From assembly GCF_003018235.1 (NCBI RefSeq), contig NZ_CP027437.1: a stretch of DNA of 64,000 nucleotides. One strand, given 5' to 3'. The notes under the pieces are model-generated. The model saw only the letters and a list, made by a program, of their open reading frames with translations, was not told where the DNA came from and did not search any database. A program made the translations under genes and the position numbers. The DNA is from Escherichia coli (lineage in GTDB: Bacteria > Pseudomonadota > Gammaproteobacteria > Enterobacterales > Enterobacteriaceae). Positions 50,873 to 59,244 of the stretch are shown here, piece after piece. Every line of letters begins with the position of its first letter. Position 1 is the stretch's first letter.

Positions 50873-51256
50873 TTAATTTAATCGTATTGTGCTGGCATTT
50901 TCATCAGCCCCTTTTTGCCATACTTCATGCAGTTGACTGGCATTTTCAACATTGTTGCAGCTGGCAGGAAAGCTTTTACCGGAAAGGCCCCGGGCATAAG
51001 TAAAATCGGTCTGGCAAGTTTTCTTTTGTCCTTCGGCATATCCTTTAAGGTATAGACCGCGATCCGCCTGTGAATCGCTAAATGCATCGTCATCTTTTAT
51101 GGTGCTGCCCGATATCGCATCTTCCATACCGACATCATACCAGTCGGTGCTGGTCAAGGTTGGCGCGTGAGTATAAGGATCAATCTGACATCCGCTAACC
51201 AGTAAAGCCAACAAGGGGGCGATAAACTTTTTCATCATTTCTTTCTCCTTTTTCAA
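50873..51256 (-). CDS. yfiL: Lipoprotein YfiL (start probably a few codons inside the ORF)
   Basis: 127-aa ORF with lipobox LVSGC. Confidence 0.85.
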   Translation of the reverse strand: MKKEKEMMKKFIAPLLALLVSGCQIDPYTHAPTLTSTDWYDVGMEDAISGSTIKDDDAFSDSQADRGLYLKGYAEGQKKTCQTDFTYARGLSGKSFPASCNNVENASQLHEVWQKGADENASTIRLN

Positions 51257-51283
51257 AGCATAGCTGATTGTTTTTAAAGGAGG

Positions 51284-51352
51284 TGTAAATTTATTTGTAC
51301 GAAATAAACATCAAAAGCGCGAGTAAATTGTTCATGTAAAGAAAAATGTACG
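51284..51352 (+). promoter_or_regulatory. aroF promoter region with TyrR-box-like sites (TGTAAA-N6-TGTACG twice)
   Basis: Two near-consensus TyrR boxes read upstream of aroF; aroF is a known TyrR target. Confidence 0.6.
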
Positions 51353-51446
51353 AAATATGGATTGAAAACTTTACTTTATGTGTTATCGTTACGTCATCCT
51401 CGCTGAGGATCAACTATCGCAAACGAGCATAAACAGGATCGCCATC

Positions 51447-52517
51447 ATGCAAAAAGACGCGCTGAATAACGTACATATTACCGACGAACAGGTTTTAATG
51501 ACTCCGGAACAACTGAAGGCCGCTTTTCCATTGAGCCTGCAACAAGAAGCCCAGATTGCTGACTCGCGTAAAACCATTTCAGATATTATCGCCGGGCGCG
51601 ATCCTCGTCTGTTGGTAGTATGTGGTCCTTGTTCCATTCATGATCCGGAAACTGCTCTGGAATATGCTCGTCGATTTAAAGCCCTTGCCGCAGAGGTCAG
51701 CGATAGCCTCTATCTGGTAATGCGCGTCTATTTTGAAAAACCCCGTACCACTGTCGGCTGGAAAGGGTTAATTAACGATCCCCATATGGATGGCTCTTTT
51801 GATGTAGAAGCCGGGCTGCAGATCGCGCGTAAATTGCTGCTTGAGCTGGTGAATATGGGACTGCCACTGGCGACGGAAGCGTTAGATCCGAATAGCCCGC
51901 AATACCTGGGCGATCTGTTTAGCTGGTCAGCCATTGGTGCTCGTACAACGGAATCGCAAACTCACCGTGAAATGGCCTCCGGGCTTTCCATGCCGGTTGG
52001 TTTTAAAAACGGCACCGACGGCAGTCTGGCAACAGCAATTAACGCTATGCGCGCCGCCGCCCAGCCGCACCGTTTTGTTGGCATTAACCAGGCAGGGCAG
52101 GTGGCGTTGCTACAAACTCAGGGGAATCCGGATGGGCATGTGATCCTGCGCGGTGGTAAAGCGCCGAACTATAGCCCTGCGGATGTTGCGCAATGTGAAA
52201 AAGAGATGGAACAGGCGGGACTGCGCCCGTCTCTGATGGTAGATTGCAGCCACGGTAATTCCAATAAAGATTATCGCCGTCAGCCTGCGGTGGCAGAATC
52301 CGTGGTTGCTCAAATCAAAGATGGCAATCGCTCAATTATTGGTCTGATGATCGAAAGTAATATCCACGAGGGCAATCAGTCTTCCGAGCAACCGCGCAGT
52401 GAAATGAAATACGGTGTATCCGTAACCGATGCCTGCATTAGTTGGGAAATGACCGATGCCTTGCTGCGTGAAATTCATCAGGATCTGAACGGGCAGCTGA
52501 CGGCTCGCGTGGCTTAA
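51447..52517 (+). CDS. aroF: DAHP synthase, Tyr-sensitive (AroF)
   Basis: ORF 51378..52517 trimmed to [15 protein letters not shown] (356 aa). Confidence 0.94.
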   Translation: MQKDALNNVHITDEQVLMTPEQLKAAFPLSLQQEAQIADSRKTISDIIAGRDPRLLVVCGPCSIHDPETALEYARRFKALAAEVSDSLYLVMRVYFEKPRTTVGWKGLINDPHMDGSFDVEAGLQIARKLLLELVNMGLPLATEALDPNSPQYLGDLFSWSAIGARTTESQTHREMASGLSMPVGFKNGTDGSLATAINAMRAAAQPHRFVGINQAGQVALLQTQGNPDGHVILRGGKAPNYSPADVAQCEKEMEQAGLRPSLMVDCSHGNSNKDYRRQPAVAESVVAQIKDGNRSIIGLMIESNIHEGNQSSEQPRSEMKYGVSVTDACISWEMTDALLREIHQDLNGQLTARVA

Positions 52518-52527
52518 GAGGTTTATT

Positions 52528-53649
52528 ATGGTTGCTGAATTGACCGCATTACGCGATCAAATTGATGAAGTCGATAAAGCGCTGCTGAATTTATTAGCGA
52601 AGCGTCTGGAACTGGTTGCTGAAGTGGGAGAGGTGAAAAGCCGCTTTGGACTGCCTATTTATGTTCCGGAGCGAGAGGCATCTATGCTGGCCTCGCGTCG
52701 TGCAGAGGCGGAAGCTCTGGGTGTACCGCCAGATCTGATTGAGGATGTTTTGCGTCGGGTGATGCGTGAATCTTACTCCAGTGAAAACGACAAAGGATTT
52801 AAAACGCTTTGTCCGTCACTGCGTCCGGTGGTTATCGTCGGTGGTGGCGGTCAGATGGGACGTCTGTTCGAGAAGATGCTGGCACTCTCGGGTTATCAGG
52901 TGCGGATTCTGGAGCAACATGACTGGGATCGAGCGGCTGATATTGTTGCCGATGCCGGAATGGTGATTGTTAGTGTGCCCATCCACGTTACTGAACAAGT
53001 TATTGGCAAATTACCGCCTTTACCGAAAGATTGTATTCTGGTTGATCTGGCATCGGTGAAAAATGGACCATTACAGGCCATGCTGGCGGCGCATGATGGT
53101 CCGGTGCTGGGGTTACACCCGATGTTCGGCCCGGACAGCGGTAGCCTGGCAAAGCAAGTTGTGGTCTGGTGTGATGGACGTAAGCCGGAAGCATACCAAT
53201 GGTTTCTGGAGCAAATTCAGGTCTGGGGCGCTCGGCTGCATCGTATTAGCGCCGTCGAGCACGATCAGAATATGGCGTTTATTCAGGCTCTGCGCCACTT
53301 TGCTACTTTTGCTTATGGGCTGCACCTGGCAGAAGAAAATGTTCAGCTTGAGCAACTTCTGGCACTTTCTTCGCCGATTTACCGCCTTGAGCTGGCGATG
53401 GTCGGGCGACTGTTTGCTCAGGATCCGCAGCTTTATGCCGACATCATTATGTCGTCAGAGCGTAATCTGGCGTTGATCAAACGTTATTATAAGCGTTTCG
53501 GCGAGGCGATTGAGTTGCTGGAGCAGGGCGATAAGCAGGCGTTTATTGACAGTTTCCGCAAGGTGGAGCACTGGTTCGGCGATTACGCACAGCGTTTTCA
53601 GAGTGAAAGCCGCGTGTTATTGCGTCAGGCGAATGACAGTCGCCAGTAA
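52528..53649 (+). CDS. tyrA: Chorismate mutase / prephenate dehydrogenase TyrA
   Basis: 373-aa bifunctional T-protein ORF. Confidence 0.95.
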   Translation: MVAELTALRDQIDEVDKALLNLLAKRLELVAEVGEVKSRFGLPIYVPEREASMLASRRAEAEALGVPPDLIEDVLRRVMRESYSSENDKGFKTLCPSLRPVVIVGGGGQMGRLFEKMLALSGYQVRILEQHDWDRAADIVADAGMVIVSVPIHVTEQVIGKLPPLPKDCILVDLASVKNGPLQAMLAAHDGPVLGLHPMFGPDSGSLAKQVVVWCDGRKPEAYQWFLEQIQVWGARLHRISAVEHDQNMAFIQALRHFATFAYGLHLAEENVQLEQLLALSSPIYRLELAMVGRLFAQDPQLYADIIMSSERNLALIKRYYKRFGEAIELLEQGDKQAFIDSFRKVEHWFGDYAQRFQSESRVLLRQANDSRQ

Positions 53650-53654
53650 TAATC

Positions 53655-53690
53655 CAGTGCCGGGTGGCGTGTTTCACCCGGCACGATTTC
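53655..53690. terminator. Bidirectional terminator between convergent tyrA and pheA (gtgccgggtg...cacccggcac)
   Basis: 10-bp inverted repeat read in sequence. Confidence 0.7.
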
Positions 53691-53691
53691 A

Positions 53692-54852
53692 TTATGCCGG
53701 ATCGACTGGTACCACATTCTCGCTTGGGTAACAGCCCAGGACTTTCATCGAGCGAGTGATTTCACCTAGCTCTTTCAACGCCTGTTGCATTTCCGCTGAT
53801 TCCAGATTGGCCTGAATATCCAGATAAAACATCTCTTCCCACGGGTTTCCGTGAATCGGGCGTGATTCCAGACGGGTCATAATCAGATTGTGGTTGCGCA
53901 GTACCAGCAACGCTTCAACCAGCGCACCAGCTTGTTGGCCGGTCGCCATTAACAACGTCGTTTTCGCCGGAACCTGGTCAGAAACGTTAATGGCTTTACG
54001 TGCCAACACCACAAATCGGGTGAAGTTTTGTCGCTGATTCGCTTCAATACGCTCCAGTACCTGCAAACCGTACAAAGTGCCGCCAGCTTCGCTTCCCAAC
54101 GCAGCAATATGCGGTGATTTTGCCTGTGCAACCTTTTCCATTGCCGCAGACGTACTTTCGGTATATTCAATCTTCCAGTGTGGATAACGATTAAGGAATT
54201 TGCTGCATTGCTGGAATGGCTGCGGATGGCTGTAGACCGTATTAATGGTGGATAAATCAGTAGTGCCGGAGACCAACAAACAATGGTCGATAGTTAACGT
54301 CATCTCGCCAACAATCGACAAACTGGTATGTTGCAGCAGATCGTAAACGTCGTTTATGGCACCGGAGCTGGTATTTTCAATCGGTACGACGGCATAGTCG
54401 GCCTGGCCGGTTTCCACCTGATTAAAAATATCGGCAAATTTGGCGCAGCCACTTTCAATGAATTGCTCAAAGTGACGGGCAGCGTACTGACGAGCGGCAA
54501 GATGTGAATAGGAGCCTTTGGGGCCGAGAAAAGCAATGCGGGCAGAGTGTGGATTAATTTTATTGAGATGTTGCTGGAGCAAAGCCTGCTGAGTTAATAC
54601 GGAATCTTCAATGATGAGCTGGAACAGGCGAGTAATGTAATGGGCGTCCAGATGGTGCGCTTTACCGAGCGTAATTAATCTTTCCAGTAAATCGCGTTCA
54701 CGATCAATATCACGTACCGGGCGATGCGAGAGCAGTTTGGCTTTTCCCACCTCGACGGCCAGTTCGCGCCGCTCTGCGAGTAATGCTAATAATTTTTCAT
54801 CCAGCGCGCTGATTTTCTCTCGCAGCGCCAGTAACGGGTTTTCCGATGTCAT
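53692..54852 (-). CDS. pheA: Chorismate mutase / prephenate dehydratase PheA
   Basis: 386-aa bifunctional P-protein ORF. Confidence 0.95.
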   Translation of the reverse strand: MTSENPLLALREKISALDEKLLALLAERRELAVEVGKAKLLSHRPVRDIDRERDLLERLITLGKAHHLDAHYITRLFQLIIEDSVLTQQALLQQHLNKINPHSARIAFLGPKGSYSHLAARQYAARHFEQFIESGCAKFADIFNQVETGQADYAVVPIENTSSGAINDVYDLLQHTSLSIVGEMTLTIDHCLLVSGTTDLSTINTVYSHPQPFQQCSKFLNRYPHWKIEYTESTSAAMEKVAQAKSPHIAALGSEAGGTLYGLQVLERIEANQRQNFTRFVVLARKAINVSDQVPAKTTLLMATGQQAGALVEALLVLRNHNLIMTRLESRPIHGNPWEEMFYLDIQANLESAEMQQALKELGEITRSMKVLGCYPSENVVPVDPA

Positions 54853-54869
54853 AGTGTTGCCTTTTTGTT

Positions 54870-54905
54870 ATCAATAAAAAAGGCCCCCCGATTTGGGAGG
54901 CCTTA
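54870..54905 (-). terminator. pheA attenuator terminator hairpin (ggcctcccaaatcggggggcc + U-run on minus strand)
   Basis: GC hairpin plus T-run between pheL and pheA. Confidence 0.75.
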
Positions 54906-54950
54906 TTGTTCGTCTTCGCATTCTGTTTCACACGACGAAACGCCTCCCAT

Positions 54951-54998
54951 TCAGGGGAAGGTAAAAAAGAATGCGAAGAAAAACGGTGTGTGTTTCAT
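54951..54998 (-). CDS. pheL: pheA leader peptide PheL (15 aa, 7 Phe codons): MKHTPFFFAFFFTFP
   Basis: Small ORF read by hand on minus strand; placed relative to overlapping track ORF 54865..55080. Confidence 0.9.
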   Translation of the reverse strand: MKHTPFFFAFFFTFP

Positions 54999-55004
54999 GT
55001 TTGT

Positions 55005-55050
55005 TTCCTTAAGTGACTTCAGTACAGTACCCGTACTGTTTTCACGCTGT
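55005..55050 (-). promoter_or_regulatory. pheL-pheA promoter (-35 TTGACA ... -10 region)
   Basis: ttgacagcgtgaaaacagtacgggtactgtactgaagtcac read on minus strand upstream of pheL. Confidence 0.6.
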
Positions 55051-55163
55051 CAACAAAAAACGCGCCCGAAGGTGCTTTAATGAGGAGTGCCGCTTCTTTA
55101 TGTCTGTGAATTATCAACAACTTACGGGGAAACATAACCGCAAGAAGCGACAAGAAATTACAA

Positions 55164-56153
55164 CTATATGGACAGATTATGGACGCTTTCAGCCAGTGGA
55201 TTAAAGCTTATAGCATCCTGTAAAAAATCCGGTGCAAAATGCGCATATGTCATTGTTTGCTGGATAGTTGAATGTCCAAGAATCCGTTGAAGTGTTACTA
55301 TATTTCCTCCATTCATCATAAAGTGTGTTGCAAACGTATGCCGCATAACATGAGTTGCCTGTCCTTTGGGCAGATCTGGTTTTACTTCCTTTAGTGCTCG
55401 TCGAAAGTTTGTGTAATTAACATTAAACAATGCACCAGATTGTTTTATCTTGATGAGCTTTATAACTTCTTCGGATATAGGTATGGCGCGGGGTTTATTG
55501 GTTTTTGTCTGATTAAACATAACTCTGTTTCCCACAATATTTTCTCCCCGTAGTTTTGTTGCCTCTCCCCACCTTGCTCCTGTCGAAAGACACAGAATCG
55601 CTATTCGTTTGTTATCTCCAGTAAGATGATTGAGCAAGCGATCAATCTCTTCGTTTGATAAAAACGACATATCTGATGGTACAATCCTCAACTTCCTCAG
55701 ACCATGTAGCGGATTTGCATGGTGGAATTCTTCAGCATTAATCAGCACTGAAAACATGGCTGAAAGTACGCAGAGATCCCTGTTTACCGTGTTGGGTGTC
55801 AGTCCTGCACTGAGTTTGTTTGCACGATAACTCAGAAGGAACTTTCTGGTTACACCGTTGGCTCTGGGATCTCCCATTTCTCTGATCACTTTATTCAGCC
55901 TTTGCAGGTATGTCTCACCATAAGGCTGATTTTGCCCGTCGAGCATCCACCACATTTCGGCAAGTTCGGAAAGATGGCGTTTGTCTGCGGGTTTTTCCAG
56001 CCATGGTTTGTTATGCATGTTCTGAAGAACATATTTTTCATAATCCTGCGCTTTCGACTTCAGGGTGAAAATTTTTCGAATCCGCTTCCCTTCCGCACCC
56101 TGAGGTCTGACATCAACCTGATAACGTCCGTCTTTGAGCTGCTTAATCGACAT
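55164..56153 (-). CDS. int: Tyrosine recombinase, phage P2 Int family
   Basis: ORF 55164..56168; N-terminus MSIKQLKDGRYQVDVRP and C-terminal catalytic region ...HVMRHTFATHFMMNGGNIVTLQRILGHSTIQQTMTYAHF recognised as P2-like Int. Confidence 0.9.
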   Translation of the reverse strand: MSIKQLKDGRYQVDVRPQGAEGKRIRKIFTLKSKAQDYEKYVLQNMHNKPWLEKPADKRHLSELAEMWWMLDGQNQPYGETYLQRLNKVIREMGDPRANGVTRKFLLSYRANKLSAGLTPNTVNRDLCVLSAMFSVLINAEEFHHANPLHGLRKLRIVPSDMSFLSNEEIDRLLNHLTGDNKRIAILCLSTGARWGEATKLRGENIVGNRVMFNQTKTNKPRAIPISEEVIKLIKIKQSGALFNVNYTNFRRALKEVKPDLPKGQATHVMRHTFATHFMMNGGNIVTLQRILGHSTIQQTMTYAHFAPDFLQDAISFNPLAESVHNLSI

Positions 56154-56243
56154 GATTAGCACCTCCAACGGTATTTTGTTGCTTTAATACATTTCTGTAC
56201 CTTGTAATGTATTCAATATGCAGGCCAAACCAGCATCCTGGTG

Positions 56244-56567
56244 TTATTGGTGTGATTTTGAGTTTGTTGTAGTTGAATCCTGAGCGGCCTCCGATTCTCC
56301 AGAGCCATCAAGAGAGAGAGCCGGGGCGATCTGCCCGGCCTGAGGGAAGGTTTTGCCGTGCAGGAGCCACATTGTGTATTTTTCGAACAGTGAGCACTGT
56401 AATACACGGAGGGCGATATCTGCCCGGGCAGGTTGATGTCCTGTTTCATAACTCTTAACAGAACCAAGAGCTATACCTGTTATCTCGCTAAACTTTTGCT
56501 GGGTTATTTTTTCAGCACGTCTGATCGCTCGTAGTTTTTGAGCAAAATCCATTGACAAGGTATTCAT
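56244..56567 (-). CDS. Immunity repressor, P2 C-like (HTH)
   Basis: ORF 56244..56651 trimmed to MNTLSMDF with AAGGA RBS; C-terminal YTMWLLHGKTFPQAGQIAPAL resembles P2 C. Confidence 0.75.
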   Translation of the reverse strand: MNTLSMDFAQKLRAIRRAEKITQQKFSEITGIALGSVKSYETGHQPARADIALRVLQCSLFEKYTMWLLHGKTFPQAGQIAPALSLDGSGESEAAQDSTTTNSKSHQ

Positions 56568-56668
56568 ATAACGACTATCCTTCTTTTGGTTGTTGATTAA
56601 CGACGTTTGCAATAGCTGACTATAGTCGACAGTAGCCAGCAAACGCACCAACGATGGAGGATAACAAA

Positions 56669-57127
56669 ATGCAGGAAACTATTGCAGAGGGGGGGATATT
56701 CAACGCTGGTGGGGATGACACGCAGTTACAGGAAAAGGAAGTCAGAAATAAATTATCACTGAGACTTGATGGACCTGTAGCGGATTTAGTTTTTCTGGAT
56801 AAAGGAGCAGCATACGTTGGGCTGACCAGGAAAGCGCTTGCAACAGCTTTACGTAGAGGCGAAATGCCTGGACATAAGAAAAGAAAAAATCCTGAAGATG
56901 AAACATCGCGTGGAGTGTGGATTTTTAACGTCAAGGCATGGAATGAACTTGCTGATATTTTGCCTGAAATTGAGCCACCAGAATGGCATCACTGGAAAGA
57001 TTACTGGTTATACAACCGAAACACTCGGAAATTTCAAAAGATTGATAAACAAGATTGTACACAGATTAATGGTAAACGTGTTTACAGGCCGCGTCAGAGC
57101 AGACTGGAAAAAGCACGTCAGTCATGA
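56669..57127 (+). CDS. Cox-like excisionase/transcriptional regulator (divergent from repressor)
   Basis: ORF 56654..57127; internal ATG with GGAGGA RBS; HTH-like segment AYVGLTRKALATALRRGEMP; position equivalent to P2 cox. Confidence 0.55.
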   Translation: MQETIAEGGIFNAGGDDTQLQEKEVRNKLSLRLDGPVADLVFLDKGAAYVGLTRKALATALRRGEMPGHKKRKNPEDETSRGVWIFNVKAWNELADILPEIEPPEWHHWKDYWLYNRNTRKFQKIDKQDCTQINGKRVYRPRQSRLEKARQS

Positions 57128-57290
57128 AACGGTATTTATTAGTAAGCAACAAGAAAGTGAATTAAACTCATCGGCAATAACTCGTTATTAAATTGTCATA
57201 CTGTCTGAAACTATTTCCTTCTATTACTGATGTGTGAGGCACGGAAAGGGAATTCCGTTTTTTTAGTGGTGCGATGAGAAAATAACAGAG

Positions 57291-57485
57291 GTGTCAGAAA
57301 TGGAAAAAGAAAAACTGAGACATTTTCGTAAAGAATTAAAAGCTTCTCAGCGTGTAATGACTTTGGCTATTAAGCGATTAGAGGAAGGACGTTATAAGTC
57401 TGCAGTGGAACTCATGCGTGCAGAAGCAGCGGATATATTTAAACTGGCAGATGAATTAAGTGATGTAACAGAACAACAATCCTGA
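57291..57485 (+). CDS. Hypothetical small coiled-coil protein (64 aa)
   Basis: ORF with AGAGG RBS; charged helical composition. Confidence 0.45.
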   Translation: MSEMEKEKLRHFRKELKASQRVMTLAIKRLEEGRYKSAVELMRAEAADIFKLADELSDVTEQQS

Positions 57486-58281
57486 ACACAGGAAAGTTAT
57501 GGGCTTGTGTGATTCAGAAAGTGTGAGGTTACGTGCAAAATGGCCAGACATGTAAAAAAGAACTTGAATGCAGTGTCGGCATGGTGGTATTTTTCATCTG
57601 CTGCCACAGTGCTGGCAGTCGGGAATACCACCCCGTATGTGTCAACGGCGACATCAGACGCCGCAAGCGTCTTTTTTGTTGTCGTAACCTTATACGCCAT
57701 GAAGCTCCATTTTATGGTGCGGTGTTATCCATTAAGAGCCGTTGCAAGCGCCTCTACCGGAAGGGGCTGGATAACATCCACCACCATGTCAATGGTAGCT
57801 CAGGCGGGGCCGACTTCGGTCGGGCCGGTTTCCGTTGGCACCGGTAGTGGTATCCCCGTCTGGGCTATCGCCAGTGAGCATACCACCTCCTGCGATAGCA
57901 GTATGTTATGTCAACGGAGGCTGCCTGAATGGCTACAATCCCAACCCAAAAGCGCCCAAAATCCGCGCTCCCCCAGCTCAGCAGTGACTGTCGTCGCCGG
58001 ATACACCGTGTGCAGATGGTTACGCTCCATTATTACATTCAGTGTCTCGCTGATAATCCGTGTTCAGTTGATTTTTGTTTTCCGTACTTATTGTCTTACA
58101 TCCACGATGATATTAAGGCTATAGATAATGAGTTAATTTCTCTTGGCCTGTTTGAACAGGCGATGGGAAAGAAAAAACGACGATAGTTTTCATCGTTATT
58201 AATTAACGTTGTCAGGAAGTATTAAACACACCGCTCACGCGGCGGGAATCTTACATCTTAAATATCTGACGAGGTGGAAAC

Positions 58282-58437
58282 ATGAAGCTGTTTTCATTAC
58301 GTAAAAATAAAAAAACGGAAAAAAAGAAACGCACTTATCCGGCAAATAATAACGTCCGTCTGTTACGTTATTACCAGAAATTACAGGAATTAAGTTGTGA
58401 ACCGGATAAAAAGTTCAGCCTGGATGTGTGGATGTAA
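58282..58437 (+). CDS. Hypothetical Lys-rich small protein (51 aa), below ORF-track cutoff
   Basis: ATG preceded by GAGGTGG; stop immediately before exonuclease gene start. Confidence 0.4.
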   Translation: MKLFSLRKNKKTEKKKRTYPANNNVRLLRYYQKLQELSCEPDKKFSLDVWM

Positions 58438-58448
58438 TGGGGGAATAA

Positions 58449-59024
58449 ATGAACGATCTGATGATTGATACTGAAACAACAGGAACATCCCATCATTCAG
58501 GGATTATTTCCTTTGCCGCAGCATTTTTTAATCCAGATACCGGAGATAAAGGTGACCACATTTATCTTCGCCTGGACTGGGTGAGTGCGACACGTAATGG
58601 CGCAGTGATTGATCCGGAGACATTCTGTTTCTGGTTAGAGCAATCGACAGAAGTAAGAATGGAAGCCGTCAGGAAAGACGAAAGTATTTCTGAACGTGAC
58701 GCCACATATGCGCTGATTAATTTTATTGAGCAGCGTGCTGATATCAGACGGGTGCGTGTCTGGGCGAAGTCACCCACGTTTGACTGCTCACTTCTTCGTG
58801 ACATGTGTGATCGGAGTATTGGGTCAAATACCAGCGTAGAAATGTTGTGGCCGTTCTGGAATGAGAGAGATGTCAGGACTGTTGAAGGGCTTGCCGCGCA
58901 TCTTGGCATTCCGTTGCCTTACTCCAGAAAGGAAGTCACTCATCATGCTCTTAATGACGTTATGGGGCAGATAAAAAATGTGGCTACCGTATTTGCAGCA
59001 CTGCGTGGCGTGATGGAGGTGTGA
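58449..59024 (+). CDS. DEDDh-family 3'-5' exonuclease (DnaQ-like fold)
   Basis: Exo I motif IDTETTG, Exo II-like FDCSLL, Exo III HHALNDV in the 191-aa translation. Confidence 0.7.
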   Translation: MNDLMIDTETTGTSHHSGIISFAAAFFNPDTGDKGDHIYLRLDWVSATRNGAVIDPETFCFWLEQSTEVRMEAVRKDESISERDATYALINFIEQRADIRRVRVWAKSPTFDCSLLRDMCDRSIGSNTSVEMLWPFWNERDVRTVEGLAAHLGIPLPYSRKEVTHHALNDVMGQIKNVATVFAALRGVMEV

Positions 59025-59025
59025 T

Positions 59026-59244
59026 GTGAATAAAGCACAACGTAATGCTGCAGCGGCAGCGAATCGTCACAGGGTCTCGCCGGAACAGGTGCTCATCTGG
59101 TGTGAGCAACTGAAACGCATTGTGGACACAGCAAACCAGAATACGCGGCACAACGAAAAGAGCAGGGCGCTTGAGCCGATTATTGCGTGGATTGAGCAGC
59201 AGAAGAAACAGGCAATGGAAGAAATCAGAAAACGGGGTGAATGA
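59026..59244 (+). CDS. Hypothetical protein (72 aa), translationally coupled
   Basis: GTG start one nt after exonuclease stop; stop overlaps next start (ATGA). Confidence 0.45.
   Translation: MNKAQRNAAAAANRHRVSPEQVLIWCEQLKRIVDTANQNTRHNEKSRALEPIIAWIEQQKKQAMEEIRKRGE

Noticed and set aside
57540-58124. 194-aa ORF as a possible P2 B-like gene
   Set aside because: Composition looks like random translation and the overlapping frames are equally open; kept as an ORF-poor region finding rather than a CDS call.
57490-58280. Retron msr/msd ncRNA hypothesis for the structured segment
   Set aside because: No reverse transcriptase gene is adjacent and no clear a1/a2 inverted repeats were found.
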